Shown piece by piece: positions 32,274 to 42,494 of a stretch of DNA of 64,000 nt. Under the pieces are notes generated by a model. That model was not told the DNA's origin. It searched no databases and was given only the letters and a program-made list of their open reading frames with translations. Source of the DNA: Candidatus Eiseniibacteriota bacterium (GTDB taxonomy: Bacteria; Eisenbacteria; RBG-16-71-46); assembly GCA_963707915.1 (NCBI GenBank), contig OY970178.1:160001-224000 (forward strand). The letters run 5' to 3'. Position 1 is the first letter of the stretch, and every line of letters starts with the position of its first letter. The position numbers and the translations under genes are program-made.

Positions 32274-32780
32274 GTGGCGAGCACCAGTTCGTTCGATGTC
32301 ACCACCGGCGTGGACATGATGGAGGTCACCAACGCCGTGGACCAGGCCACCAAGGAGATCACCCAGCGCTACGACTTCAAGGGGCTGAAGGCGAGCTTCG
32401 AGCTGCAGCCCAAGGAGAAGCGCATCGTCCTGGCGGCACCCGACGAGTTCAAGCTGGACGCCATGTGGGAGTCGCTGCAGGGCAAGATGGTCAAGCGCGG
32501 CGTGCCGCTCAAGAACCTGACGCGCGAGGCCCTCGAGACCGCGGCCGGAGCCAGCGTGCGCCAGCACGTCACCATCGCCGACGGGCTCACCACCGAGCAG
32601 GCGCGCGAGATCGTGAAGGTGCTCAAGGAGGCCAAGCTCAAGCGCGTGCAGTGCTCCATCCAGGGCGACACCGTTCGCGTCCAGAGCCCGAGCAAGGACG
32701 ACCTCCAGGGCGTGATCGCCCTGCTCAAGCAGCAGGACTTCGGCGTCGAGTTGAAGTTCGGCAACTTCCGCTCGAACTGA
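32274..32780 (+). CDS. yajQ: YajQ family nucleotide/c-di-GMP-binding protein
   Basis: SFDVT, NAVDQATKEITQRYDFKG, SIQGDTVRV, KDDLQGVI and FGNFR. Confidence 0.95.
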   Translation: MASTSSFDVTTGVDMMEVTNAVDQATKEITQRYDFKGLKASFELQPKEKRIVLAAPDEFKLDAMWESLQGKMVKRGVPLKNLTREALETAAGASVRQHVTIADGLTTEQAREIVKVLKEAKLKRVQCSIQGDTVRVQSPSKDDLQGVIALLKQQDFGVELKFGNFRSN

Positions 32781-33922
32781 TGCGGCGCGGGTCGAGGCTC
32801 GCGCTGGCGGCGATGGCCGTCGTGCTGGCCGTGTTCCTGGTCCAGGCGCTGCACCGCGCGGCGCGCCCCGGCGGTTACGACCTCACCGGCTACGTCGGCG
32901 CCACGCGCGCCATGCTCGCCGGGCAGGACCCGTATGCCGCGCCCACGCCCTTCCCGTTCATCTACCCGCTGTTCCTGTGCGTGCTGCTGGCGCCGTTCAC
33001 GGCGCTGCCGGCGGCGGCCCTCGACGTGGCGTGGTTCGCGCTCGGCGTGGCCGCGCTGGGCGCCAGCGCGTGGATGGTGCTGCGCCGCGCCGCGCCGCCG
33101 TCGGCGGGCGCCCGCCCGGTGGTGCCGCTGGCGGCGACCTTCGCGGTGCTGGCGGGCGTCGTGCAGAACAACCTGCTCAACGGCCAGGTGAACCCGCTCG
33201 TGCTGCTGGCCTGCGTGCTCTTCCTCGCCGCGGTCCTGCGCGGCCGTCGCCTGGTCGCCGCGCTGCTGCTGGGCGCGGCCGTGGCGCTCAAGCTCACGCC
33301 GCTGGTGCTCGTCGTGTACCTGCTGGCGCGCCGCGAATGGCGGGTCGTGGCGCTCGCCGGCGTGGCGGCGCTGCTGTTCGCGGTCGCGCTGCCGTGGATG
33401 GTGGCGGGGCCCGCGGTGGCCGGGTGGTACGCGCGCTACGCCGACGGATTCCTCGGCGCGCAGCTGGCGCCGGCGCACGGTGCGGCGCTCGCGGCGGGGT
33501 TCTCGCTCACCTCGCTGCTCGGTGTGGGGTTGCCGGGGTTGGCGCGGCCGGTGACGATGGCGCTGGCCGCGATCCTGGCGCTGGCGGCGCCGGTCGCACT
33601 GCAGGTGACGTCGCCGCGCTCGCCAGGCGAGCGGCGGGAGGTGGCGGTGTTCGCGCTCTTCCTGCTGGCGATGCCGCTGGTGAGCCCGATGAGCGAGCCG
33701 CACCACCTGGTGATGCTGCTGCCCGCGGTCGCCGTGCTGGTCGCGGTCCTGGCCGGCCCCGGGGCCCGTCACGCCCGCACCTGCGGCGGCGCGCTGCTGG
33801 TCGCGGCCCTCGGCCTCGCGACGGGGCGGGCGTGGCCCCCGTCGGGGTTCGTGGCCATGCTCGCGCTGGGCGTGGCGCTGGTGCGGGTGGCGCGCACCGG
33901 CCCGGAGGCGCGCGCGGCCTGA
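32780..33922 (+). CDS. Glycosyltransferase family 87 (DUF2029) membrane protein
   Basis: FIYPLF, NGQVNPL, ALKLTP and SPMSEPHH, with multiple TM helices. Confidence 0.8.
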   Translation: MRRGSRLALAAMAVVLAVFLVQALHRAARPGGYDLTGYVGATRAMLAGQDPYAAPTPFPFIYPLFLCVLLAPFTALPAAALDVAWFALGVAALGASAWMVLRRAAPPSAGARPVVPLAATFAVLAGVVQNNLLNGQVNPLVLLACVLFLAAVLRGRRLVAALLLGAAVALKLTPLVLVVYLLARREWRVVALAGVAALLFAVALPWMVAGPAVAGWYARYADGFLGAQLAPAHGAALAAGFSLTSLLGVGLPGLARPVTMALAAILALAAPVALQVTSPRSPGERREVAVFALFLLAMPLVSPMSEPHHLVMLLPAVAVLVAVLAGPGARHARTCGGALLVAALGLATGRAWPPSGFVAMLALGVALVRVARTGPEARAA

Positions 33923-34036
33923 CGGCGCGCGGCGCCCGGCCGGGCCCGCGCGCCCCGGGGGCCCGGCGCCGGAGCGGGGCGGTGGCCGGTCCCGAGGCTG
34001 TACGTCCGCACCGGGAGTCGGCTATCGTCGCGCCCC

Positions 34037-35308
34037 ATGGCCCGCGTGGTGCTCACCACCTTCGGTTCGCTCGGCGACCTGCATCCCTTCCTGGCGCTGG
34101 CGTGCGAGCTCGCGGCCCGCGGCCACCGTCCGTTGCTCGCCACGCACGGCTCGTACCGGGAGCGCGTGGAGGCGGCCGGGATCGAGCACCACCCGGTGCG
34201 ACCGGACCTCGCGGACCTCGGCGACCCGGCCGTCACCATGCGCCGGGCGATCGACTCGCCGCGGGCCACCGAGTACGTCGTCCGTCGGCTGGTCATGCCC
34301 CACCTGCGCGCGAGTCACGAGGACCTGCTCGCGGCCTGCGCCGGGGCGGACGCGTTGATCGGGCACGTCCTGGCCCTGGCCGCCCCGCTGGTGGCCGAGC
34401 GGCGCGGTGTGCGGCGCTTCCACGTGGCCCTGCAGCCGCTGACGCTCGGCTCGGCCCACGACCCGCCCGTGCTCTCGACCGCCGCCGCGTCGCGCTGGGC
34501 GCGGCGGCTGGGCCCGGCCGCGTGGCGGGCCCTGTGGGGGTACTCCCGGGCGGTCAGCCGGCCGTGGATGCGCGGGCTGGACACGCTGCGGGCCGAGGCC
34601 GGGTTGCCGCCCGCGCCCGGGAACCCGCTGCTCGACAGCTTCTCCACGGAGCTCAACCTCGCGCTGTTCTCGCCGGTGTTCGCCGCGCCGCAGCCCGACT
34701 GGCCGCCGCGGACCGTCGCGACCGGGTTCCCGTTCTGGGACCGCGACGAGGCCGGCGACGGCGCGCTCGATGCGGTCCGCGCGTTCCTGGCCGCCGGGCC
34801 GCCGCCGATCGTCTTCACGCTCGGTTCCTCGGCGGTCTGGGCCGCGGGGGCGTTCTACCGCGAGGCCGCGCAGGCCGCGGAGCGGCTCGGGCGGCGCGCG
34901 GTGCTGCTCACCGGGCAGCTGCCGGCGGCCCCGCCCGTGCCGGAGCGGCGCGACGTCCTGGCGGTGCCCTACGCGCCCCACGCGGAGCTCTTCGCCCGCG
35001 CGGCGGCGATCGTCCACCAGGGCGGCATCGGCACCACGGGTCAGGCCCTGCGCGCCGGCCGGCCGATGCTGATCGTGCCGTTCAGCCACGACCAGCCCGA
35101 CAACGCCGCGCGCTGCGCGCGGCTCGGGGTCGCGCGCGTGGTGCCGCGTCACGCGTTGCGGACCCGGCGCCTCGCCCTGGAGCTCGCCGCGTTGCTCGGG
35201 GACCCGGGGGTGGGCGCGCGCGCAGAGCAGGTCGGGGCCCGGGTGCGCGGCGAGCATGGTGCGGCGACGGCGGTGGACGCCATCGAGGCGGCCCTGGCGC
35301 GGGGTTGA
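34037..35308 (+). CDS. Family 1 (GT-B) glycosyltransferase
   Basis: GSLGDLHPF, FTLGSS, HQGGIGTT and PFSHDQPDNA. Confidence 0.92.
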   Translation: MARVVLTTFGSLGDLHPFLALACELAARGHRPLLATHGSYRERVEAAGIEHHPVRPDLADLGDPAVTMRRAIDSPRATEYVVRRLVMPHLRASHEDLLAACAGADALIGHVLALAAPLVAERRGVRRFHVALQPLTLGSAHDPPVLSTAAASRWARRLGPAAWRALWGYSRAVSRPWMRGLDTLRAEAGLPPAPGNPLLDSFSTELNLALFSPVFAAPQPDWPPRTVATGFPFWDRDEAGDGALDAVRAFLAAGPPPIVFTLGSSAVWAAGAFYREAAQAAERLGRRAVLLTGQLPAAPPVPERRDVLAVPYAPHAELFARAAAIVHQGGIGTTGQALRAGRPMLIVPFSHDQPDNAARCARLGVARVVPRHALRTRRLALELAALLGDPGVGARAEQVGARVRGEHGAATAVDAIEAALARG

Positions 35309-35565
35309 CGGGCGTCCGGGACCGCCGGGGGGCGGGGGCCGGCGTCGGCGCTTTTCGGGTGAATTCGGCCCGGAAGCCTGCCGATATCCCCCTCGAACAG
35401 CCCCCGGCGCCGTGGCGGGCGCGCGCACAAGGCGCGGATCCGTCGCGGGGTGGGGGCCCGATCCCGCCGCACGGTGCAGGCCCGGCGGGAGGATCGGGCG
35501 TTCGTTCGAGTTCGGTGGGAGGGCGCGACTCCCGCCGGCACCACCTCGCACCCCTCCGAGGCGTC

Positions 35566-38433
35566 ATGAGTGAGCGAAGCGCGGGCATGCACAGGGAATT
35601 CAAGGGCGCGAACCTCGTCGTGCCCGGGTTGCGCGAGTTGCTCGACGCCAGCCCGGACCTGCTCTTCGCCTGCGATGCCGACGGTGAACTGCTCTGGTTG
35701 AGCCGGGCCTTCGAGACGCTCACCGGGCGGGCGGCCGCCGACCACATCGGCCGGCACTGGTCCACGCTGGTCCCGCCGGAGCAGGCCCGCCGCGCCACGC
35801 GCATGGTCCTGCGCCAGCGTCGCCGGCGCACCGCGGTGATCGAGACCGCGCTGGCGCTGCTCGCGAGTGATGAACGCGAGGTCCGGGTCGCGGTGCGCGT
35901 GAGCCTGCTCGAGCGCGCGGATGGCGGCCTGATCTTCGTGGGCACGGCGCGCGGGCTCGAGGCCGGCGCGGACGCCGGGGTGACCACGCCGGCGGTCGCG
36001 GCCGGCGCGTCGCCCGCCCCATCACCCGCGCCCGCCGACGAGCCGGCGCCGGCGTGCCCCGCGGCGGCCACCGTGGCCGCACCCGACCCGGCGCCGGAGC
36101 CACCGGGCGAGCCGCGGCCGCGTCGCGGCCTCGCGTCCGCGTTCGCGTTCCTCGCGCGGGGCGCCAGGAGCGCGGCGGACGCGGCGCAGTCGCCCGGCGA
36201 CCCGGCCGTGCTCCCGGGCGAGGTCGAACGGTTGAGGGCCGAGTCCGCGGCCGCGCGCGCCGCGGCGCAGTCCAGCGGCGAACTGCTGGCGACCGTGACG
36301 CACGAGTTCCACACGCCCCTGAAGGGCATGATGGGCCTGGCCCAGCTGCTGCTCGAGACCGAGCTGGACCGCGACCAGCGGGGCATGGTCGAGGTGCTGC
36401 TCCACTCGGGCGAGTCGCTCCTCACCCTGGTGAACGACACGCTGGACTTCTCGCGGGCCGAGGCGGGCGAGCTCCGGCTGGAGCGCGTGCCGTTCGACCT
36501 GCGCGCCACGACCAACGAAGCCGGAGCGCTGCTGGCGCCGCTGGCGAACGCGAAACGCCTGCACTTCGAGTGCGCGATGCAGGAGGAGGTGCCGGCGGGG
36601 GTCTGGGGCGATCCCGGCCGACTGCGCCAGGTGCTGCTCAACCTCGGCGGCAACGCCATCCGGTTCACCGAGCGTGGGCGGGTCCGGCTGGCGGTCGAGC
36701 GGGTGCGCGAGGACGAGCGCGAGGTGACGCTGCGGTTCGAGTTCCAGGACACGGGCACCGGCATGACCGAGGAGCAGCGGGACCGCGTGTTCCAGGCCTT
36801 CCAGGCGACCGAAGCCGCGGGGGCCGGACGCCACGGGGGTACCGGCATGGGCCTGGTGGTCTCGAGCCGGCTGGTGTCCCTGATGGGAGGCGCGATCGGG
36901 GTGGAGAGCGCGCCGGGTCGCGGGAGCACGTTCTGGTTCGACATCGCGCTCGAGAAGCAACACGCTGCCGCGCCGGCGCCGAGCGCCGCGGTTTCGCATC
37001 CGAAGCTCGCAGGCGTGAGGGTGATGGTGGTGGATCCGTCGCCGACGATGCGGCGCTCGTACCTGGGCAGGCTCGAGGCCTGGGGATGCCGCGTCGAGCC
37101 GGCCGAGAACGCCGAAGTGGGGCTGGTGATGCTCCAGGAGGCGGCCGAGGCGGGCGATCCGTACCGGCTCGCCCTGATCGAGCGTCAGTTGCCGGGCATG
37201 GACGGAGAGGAGATGGGGACGGCGATCCGGGCCGACGGCGCCTGCGACCGCACGTTGACCGTGCTCATGACCTCGGCGGGCCGCCGCGGTGACGCCGCGC
37301 GGGCCCGGGGACGCGGCTTCGCGGCCTACCTGTCCAAGCCGATCGAGTGGGAGCAGCTGGCGACGGCGATGGCCGAGGTGCTGCGGCGGGCGGAGACCGC
37401 GGCCCCGGGCGCGACGCCCGAACTGGTCACGCTGCACTCGATGGCCGAGACGGAGCGGGGCGGCCTGCGCGTCCTGCTGGTCGAGGACAGCGCGGTGAAC
37501 CAGCTGGTCACGCAGTGGACGCTCAAGCGGCTGGGCTACGGCCTGCAGGTGGTGCCCACGGCGCGCGAGGCGCGCGAGGCCTGGAGGCGGGAGGCGTTCG
37601 ACCTGGTGCTGATGGACATCCGGCTGCCGGACGGCGACGGGTGCGATCTGGCGCGCGAGCTGCGCTCGTCCGAGGCGGCCGGCCGCCGGGTGCCGATCGT
37701 GGCCATGACCGGGAGCACCGGGCCCGGTGACCGCGAGCGGTGCATCGCGGCGGGGATGGACGAGTACCTCCCGAAGCCGCTGGACCTCGGCCTGCTGTGT
37801 CGCGTGGTCCGGAGTCTCACCGGCGGCGGGGTGGAGGCGGGCCGCGACGCGGCCGTCGCAGAGCCCCCGCCGGCCGCCCTCGATCCGGCGACGGCCGTCG
37901 TCGCCCCCGACGACGCGCCGTTCCTGCGCGAGATCGAGGCGGCCGAGGCGGAGTTCCTCGGGATGGACGGAGTGGTCCGGGTCGTGCCTGCCGCCCCGGT
38001 GCGGCCGAGGGTGGTCCCGCTCTCGAGCGCGGACGTCATGCCGCTGACCGAGGAGGCGCTGGAGGACGCGGGCGCGACCGACCTGCCCCGGCCGGCCATC
38101 GACCTGGCCCACCTCCAGCAGGCCAGCATGGGCATCCCGGCCCTGCGCGAGTCGCTGCTGGGAACCTTCCTCAACGACGTACGGCCGCGGCTCGAGCGGC
38201 TGGGGGTGGCGGTGAACGAGCGCGACGCCCAGCGGATCGAGCTCGAGGCGCACGGCCTGAAGGGCATGTGCGCCACCGTCGGCGCGACCGCCTGCGCCGA
38301 GCGGTTCGCGGAGCTCGAGCGCGCGGGGCGCGAGCAGGCCCTGGGCCTGGCGCCGACGCTGCTGAAGCGCGTGCACCTCGAGCTGACGCGCACCGAACGA
38401 TACATCACGACGATGGAGCGCCCGGCGGCCTGA
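35566..38433 (+). CDS. Soluble hybrid histidine kinase PAS-HisKA-HATPase-REC-REC-HPt
   Basis: PAS (LLDASPDLLFACDADG), THEFHTPL, GDPGRLRQVLLNLGGNAIRFT, DTGTG, GTGMGL, two receivers, AHGLKG (HPt). Confidence 0.9.
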   Translation: MSERSAGMHREFKGANLVVPGLRELLDASPDLLFACDADGELLWLSRAFETLTGRAAADHIGRHWSTLVPPEQARRATRMVLRQRRRRTAVIETALALLASDEREVRVAVRVSLLERADGGLIFVGTARGLEAGADAGVTTPAVAAGASPAPSPAPADEPAPACPAAATVAAPDPAPEPPGEPRPRRGLASAFAFLARGARSAADAAQSPGDPAVLPGEVERLRAESAAARAAAQSSGELLATVTHEFHTPLKGMMGLAQLLLETELDRDQRGMVEVLLHSGESLLTLVNDTLDFSRAEAGELRLERVPFDLRATTNEAGALLAPLANAKRLHFECAMQEEVPAGVWGDPGRLRQVLLNLGGNAIRFTERGRVRLAVERVREDEREVTLRFEFQDTGTGMTEEQRDRVFQAFQATEAAGAGRHGGTGMGLVVSSRLVSLMGGAIGVESAPGRGSTFWFDIALEKQHAAAPAPSAAVSHPKLAGVRVMVVDPSPTMRRSYLGRLEAWGCRVEPAENAEVGLVMLQEAAEAGDPYRLALIERQLPGMDGEEMGTAIRADGACDRTLTVLMTSAGRRGDAARARGRGFAAYLSKPIEWEQLATAMAEVLRRAETAAPGATPELVTLHSMAETERGGLRVLLVEDSAVNQLVTQWTLKRLGYGLQVVPTAREAREAWRREAFDLVLMDIRLPDGDGCDLARELRSSEAAGRRVPIVAMTGSTGPGDRERCIAAGMDEYLPKPLDLGLLCRVVRSLTGGGVEAGRDAAVAEPPPAALDPATAVVAPDDAPFLREIEAAEAEFLGMDGVVRVVPAAPVRPRVVPLSSADVMPLTEEALEDAGATDLPRPAIDLAHLQQASMGIPALRESLLGTFLNDVRPRLERLGVAVNERDAQRIELEAHGLKGMCATVGATACAERFAELERAGREQALGLAPTLLKRVHLELTRTERYITTMERPAA

Positions 38434-38503
38434 CCGGCTGCTGCGCTCGTCTCGGCGCCCTGCCTGAGTCCCGGCGGGGCGCTGTGCTATCGTCCGTGGT
38501 CCC

Positions 38504-39700
38504 ATGCGCAAAGTGCTCTCGCCGCGCCTCGCGTTGCTCACCACGGCCCACTTCACCGTCGACGCCTACTCGTCGTTCTTCTCGCCGCTGCTGCCGCTGC
38601 TGGCCACCCGCCTCCACCTGAACCTGGCGATGGTGGGCAGCCTGGTGGCCCTGGCCTCGCTGTCGTCCGCGTTCTCGCAGCCGCTCTTCGGGCTGGTGGC
38701 GGACCGCGTGCGGCGGCCGTGGCTGATCGGCTTCGGGCCGCTGGTGGCGGCCGTGTTCATGAGCGCCGTGGGGCTGGCGCCGTCGTACGGGGCGCTGGTG
38801 GGGATCCTGATGGTCGGCGGCCTGGGGATCTCCTGGTTCCACCCGCAGTCGGCGGTGCTGGCCACCCAGGACTCGGCGCGCCGCTCGCTCGCCATGTCGG
38901 TGTTCATCACCGGCGGCACGCTGGGCGGCTCGCTCGGGCCGCTCATCTCGGTGGCGGTGGTGGGCTGGGTCGGGCTCGGGCGCTCGTGGGTGGTGATGTT
39001 CCCGGGGCTGCTGCTCGCGGTCGTGCTGATCGCCGCCCTGGCCCGTCTGCACGGCACCGGGCGCGAGCCGCACGGCGCGGGCGGCGCCAGCGGCGGCGGG
39101 CCACCGCCGCTGCGCGCCCTGAAGCCGGTGCTCCGGCCGCTGGCGCTGCTCTACGTCGCCGTGGTGGCGCGCTCGGCGGTCTCGTACGGGTTCATGACCT
39201 TCCTGCCGATCCACCTGCACCGGCTGGGCCACTCGGTCGCGTTCGGCGGGACCGCGCTCACCGCGTATCTCTCGATGGGGGCGCTGGGCGGGTTCCTGGG
39301 CGGCTGGATGGCGGAGAAGCTCGGCGGCCGGCGCGTGGTCGTGTGGTCCTTCGTCGGCGCGATCCCGTTCTTCCTCGCGTTCCTGGCGCTGCCCACGGTG
39401 CCCGGGCTGATCTGCCTGGTGGCCGGTTCGTTCATCGTGCAGGGCTCGCTGCCGGTGAACATCGTGCTCGGACAGGAGCTGGCGCCGGGGCACTCCTCGA
39501 CCATCTCGAGCCTGCTGATGGGGGCGGCCTGGGGCGTAGGAGCGCTGCTGGTCGCGCCCATCGGGGTGCTGGCCGACGCGTTCGGCATCGCCGCGGCGCT
39601 GGCGGCGCTCACCGGGTTCCTGCTGGTCGGACTGGCCTGCGCGCTGGCGCTGCCGGCGCCGCACGAGCAGGTGCGGCTCGCGGAGACGACGCACGCCTGA
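38504..39700 (+). CDS. MFS transporter (Fsr-like)
   Basis: AHFTVDAY, QPLFGLVADR and WFHPQS, about 12 TM helices. Confidence 0.9.
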   Translation: MRKVLSPRLALLTTAHFTVDAYSSFFSPLLPLLATRLHLNLAMVGSLVALASLSSAFSQPLFGLVADRVRRPWLIGFGPLVAAVFMSAVGLAPSYGALVGILMVGGLGISWFHPQSAVLATQDSARRSLAMSVFITGGTLGGSLGPLISVAVVGWVGLGRSWVVMFPGLLLAVVLIAALARLHGTGREPHGAGGASGGGPPPLRALKPVLRPLALLYVAVVARSAVSYGFMTFLPIHLHRLGHSVAFGGTALTAYLSMGALGGFLGGWMAEKLGGRRVVVWSFVGAIPFFLAFLALPTVPGLICLVAGSFIVQGSLPVNIVLGQELAPGHSSTISSLLMGAAWGVGALLVAPIGVLADAFGIAAALAALTGFLLVGLACALALPAPHEQVRLAETTHA

Positions 39701-39804
39701 AGGGGCCGAAGGCCCCGCCCGGCGGGTTCGAGCGGGTTCGCGCGGGCGACGCCGCGCGGCCCGCCATGACGGCGGGCCGCTGTGGCATCGGAGGGAACCG
39801 GCGG

Positions 39805-40155
39805 CTACTTCTTCCTGCGCCGCCGCGCCGGCTTCACGCCGAAGATCGAGTCGAGGTAGGCGCTCACTTCCGCCCGGACGATGCCGGGGATGATCTGCCG
39901 CATCTTGTTCTGCACCTCGATGCGAACCTGCGTGCTGAGATCGCCCGCGAGCGGACGGGCCGCGGCGGCGCCCGCCGAGGCCCCGCGCCGGCGGGTGACC
40001 CCGGACTTCTTGCGCCACGAGTAGTACGTCACCGGGGTGACGCCGAACTTCTTCTGCACCTGCGCGGCCGTGAGCTTCTCGGCCTTTGCCGCGGCAAGCA
40101 CCTTCTCGCGCTGCTCGGGCGTGTACTCCGTCCGCTTCTTGCGGGTCTTGGCCAT
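39805..40155 (-). CDS. Small basic HTH protein (transposase OrfA-like HTH, standalone)
   Basis: RTEYTPEQREKVL...AAQVQKKFGVTPVTYYSWRKK, K/R-rich termini, AGGAGG RBS. Confidence 0.8.
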   Translation of the reverse strand: MAKTRKKRTEYTPEQREKVLAAAKAEKLTAAQVQKKFGVTPVTYYSWRKKSGVTRRRGASAGAAAARPLAGDLSTQVRIEVQNKMRQIIPGIVRAEVSAYLDSIFGVKPARRRRKK

Positions 40156-40502
40156 GCTGCCTCCTGTGCCGAGGGTGGGGATATGCTACTCGGCAAGAAG
40201 AAGCCACAACCGCAATCTGAAGTCAAATAGCAAACCTCGCAGAGTTGACGTTTACGATACAAACGAGCTGCCGGACGCGGCGCCGCGCGCGTCGCCGCCG
40301 CTCCGCCGCGGGCGCGCGGGCGCCGTGGCGCGTCGCGCTGGCCGGGTGCCGTGGACGGCCAGGCGCGGCCGGGGCGGGCCGGTGCGCCCGGACGCTGGCG
40401 CAGGGCCGGCAAAGCCCATAGACTCCGCCCGGACCCCGCTCCACGGAGCGCTGCAGAGTCGGAACACCCGACGAGCCGCCCAAGCGGACTCAGGAGTGCA
40501 TC

Positions 40503-40958
40503 ATGAGCGACGCCACCCAGAAGCAGCCTGCTCACGTCAGCAGCAGCGCGACGCTGCGGCTCGAGACCCTGGAGGGCACGCGCCTGCGCTTCGGCGCGCG
40601 AACCGGCGAACACGTGTTCCGGTTCGACGCCGGGCCGGAGGCCGAGGGCCCCAGCCCGGTGCACGCGGTGCAGGCCGCGCTGGGCGCCTGCACCGCGATG
40701 GACGTCATCAGCATCCTGCGCAAGAAGCGCCAGGCGGTGACGGGGTACGAGGTCGAGGTGCTCGCCGATCGGCGGATGGACGAGCATCCCCGGATCTTCA
40801 CCCGCATGGAGGTCGTCCACCGGGTGCGGGGCCGGGGGATCAACCCCGCCGCGGTGGCGGAGGCCATCGAGTTGAGCGACAAGCGCTACTGCGCGGTACA
40901 CGCGATGCTGGAGCACGCGGTCACCATCAGCAGCCGCTTCGAGATCACCGAGGAGTGA
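40503..40958 (+). CDS. OsmC/YhfA family protein
   Basis: GPSP..ALGACTAMDVISILRKKRQ...LSDKRYCAV. Confidence 0.92.
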   Translation: MSDATQKQPAHVSSSATLRLETLEGTRLRFGARTGEHVFRFDAGPEAEGPSPVHAVQAALGACTAMDVISILRKKRQAVTGYEVEVLADRRMDEHPRIFTRMEVVHRVRGRGINPAAVAEAIELSDKRYCAVHAMLEHAVTISSRFEITEE

Positions 40959-41026
40959 GGCGACGGCCCGGCAGGCGCCGGGCGGGCCGCGGGGAGCAGG
41001 CCGGCGACGGTCGCGCGAGGTGCACG

Positions 41027-42427
41027 ATGAGCGAGTATCGAACCGAGCAGGACAGCATGGGTGAGATGAAGGTGCCCGCCGCGGCCCTGTACGGGCCGCA
41101 GACGCAGCGCGCGGTGGAGAACTTCCCGGTCTCGGGCGCGCCCATGCCCGCGGAGTTCGTCCACGCCCTGGGGCTGCTCAAGCAGGTCTGCGCGCGGGTG
41201 AACGCAGGGCTCGGGCTGCTCGATCCGGCGGTCGCCGGCGCCATCGAACAGGCCGCCGGCGAGGTGGCGTCCGGGCGGTGGGATGCCGAGTTCCCGGTGG
41301 ACGTCTTCCAGACCGGCAGCGGGACCAGCACCAACATGAACGCCAACGAGGTGATCGCCCGTCGCGCGGGCGAAGTCCTCGGCCGCCGGGTCCACCCCAA
41401 CGACCAGGTCAACCTGGGCCAGAGCAGCAACGACGTGATCCCTGCGGTGCTCCACGTCGCCGCGGTGATGGAGATCGAGCGCCGGCTCGTCCCCGCGCTC
41501 GAGCACCTGCAGGCGACGCTGGCGGAGAAGGCGCGGGCGTGGGACCGGATCATCAAGACGGGGCGCACGCACCTGATGGACGCCACGCCGATCCGGCTGG
41601 GACAGGAGTTCGGCGGCTACGCGTCGCAGGTCGAGCATGGCATCGGGCGGCTGCGGGCCGTGCTCCCCGACCTGCGCGAGCTGGCGCTGGGCGGCACCGC
41701 GGTGGGCACCGGGCTCAACACCCACCCCGAGTTCGCCCGGCGCGTGGCCGCGGAGCTGTCGCGGGTCGCCGGCACGGAATTCCGCGAGGCGGCGAACCAC
41801 TTCGAGGCGCAGGCCGCGCAGGACGCCGCGACCTGGGCGAGCGGGGCCCTGAACACGGTGGCCGCGAGCCTGATGAAGATCGCCAACGACCTCCGCCTGA
41901 TGAACTCGGGCCCGCGCTGCGGACTGGCCGAGATCGCGCTGCCCGCGGTGCAACCCGGCTCGAGCATCATGCCGGGCAAGGTGAACCCGGTCATCTGCGA
42001 ATCCGTGATCCAGGTCGGGGCGCAGGTCATGGGGAATCACGTCGCGGTCACGGTCGGTGCGCAGTGGGGGCAACTCGACCTCAACACCATGCTGCCGCTC
42101 ATCGTCCGCAACCTGCTCGAGAGCATCCGGCTGCTGGCGAACGTGGCACGCCTGTTCGCCGACAAGGCCATCGCCGGCACGACGGCGAACGAGGAGACCT
42201 GCCGGGGCTATGTCGAGATCTCGCCCGGCATGGCCACGGCGCTGAACCCGCTGATCGGCTACGACCGCGCGGCCGAGATCGCCAAGCGCGCCTTCGCCGA
42301 GCGGCGACCGGTGCGGGAACTGGCCGCGGAGATGACCGAGCTCACGCCCGGCCAGATCGAACAAGCCCTCGACCCGCGCCGCCAGACCGAGCCCGGGCTG
42401 GGGCCGGGCGGGGGCGCGAGCGGATGA
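41027..42427 (+). CDS. fumC: Class II fumarate hydratase
   Basis: RTEQDSMG, QTGSGTSTNMN, GRTHLMDATP and GSSIMPGKVNP. Confidence 0.93.
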   Translation: MSEYRTEQDSMGEMKVPAAALYGPQTQRAVENFPVSGAPMPAEFVHALGLLKQVCARVNAGLGLLDPAVAGAIEQAAGEVASGRWDAEFPVDVFQTGSGTSTNMNANEVIARRAGEVLGRRVHPNDQVNLGQSSNDVIPAVLHVAAVMEIERRLVPALEHLQATLAEKARAWDRIIKTGRTHLMDATPIRLGQEFGGYASQVEHGIGRLRAVLPDLRELALGGTAVGTGLNTHPEFARRVAAELSRVAGTEFREAANHFEAQAAQDAATWASGALNTVAASLMKIANDLRLMNSGPRCGLAEIALPAVQPGSSIMPGKVNPVICESVIQVGAQVMGNHVAVTVGAQWGQLDLNTMLPLIVRNLLESIRLLANVARLFADKAIAGTTANEETCRGYVEISPGMATALNPLIGYDRAAEIAKRAFAERRPVRELAAEMTELTPGQIEQALDPRRQTEPGLGPGGGASG

Positions 42428-42494
42428 CGCCGCGCGCGGGCGAGGACCACGCCGGGGCGCCGGTCGCGCCGGGGCCCGTGCGCGCGGTGGGCGG

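Noticed and set aside
32977..38433. 1818-aa ORF as one giant protein
   Set aside because: The first ~860 aa are an off-frame R/G/A-rich read across two glycosyltransferase genes. The real kinase starts near 35566.
39805..40155. Insertion sequence
   Set aside because: No catalytic transposase ORF, terminal inverted repeats or target duplication nearby.
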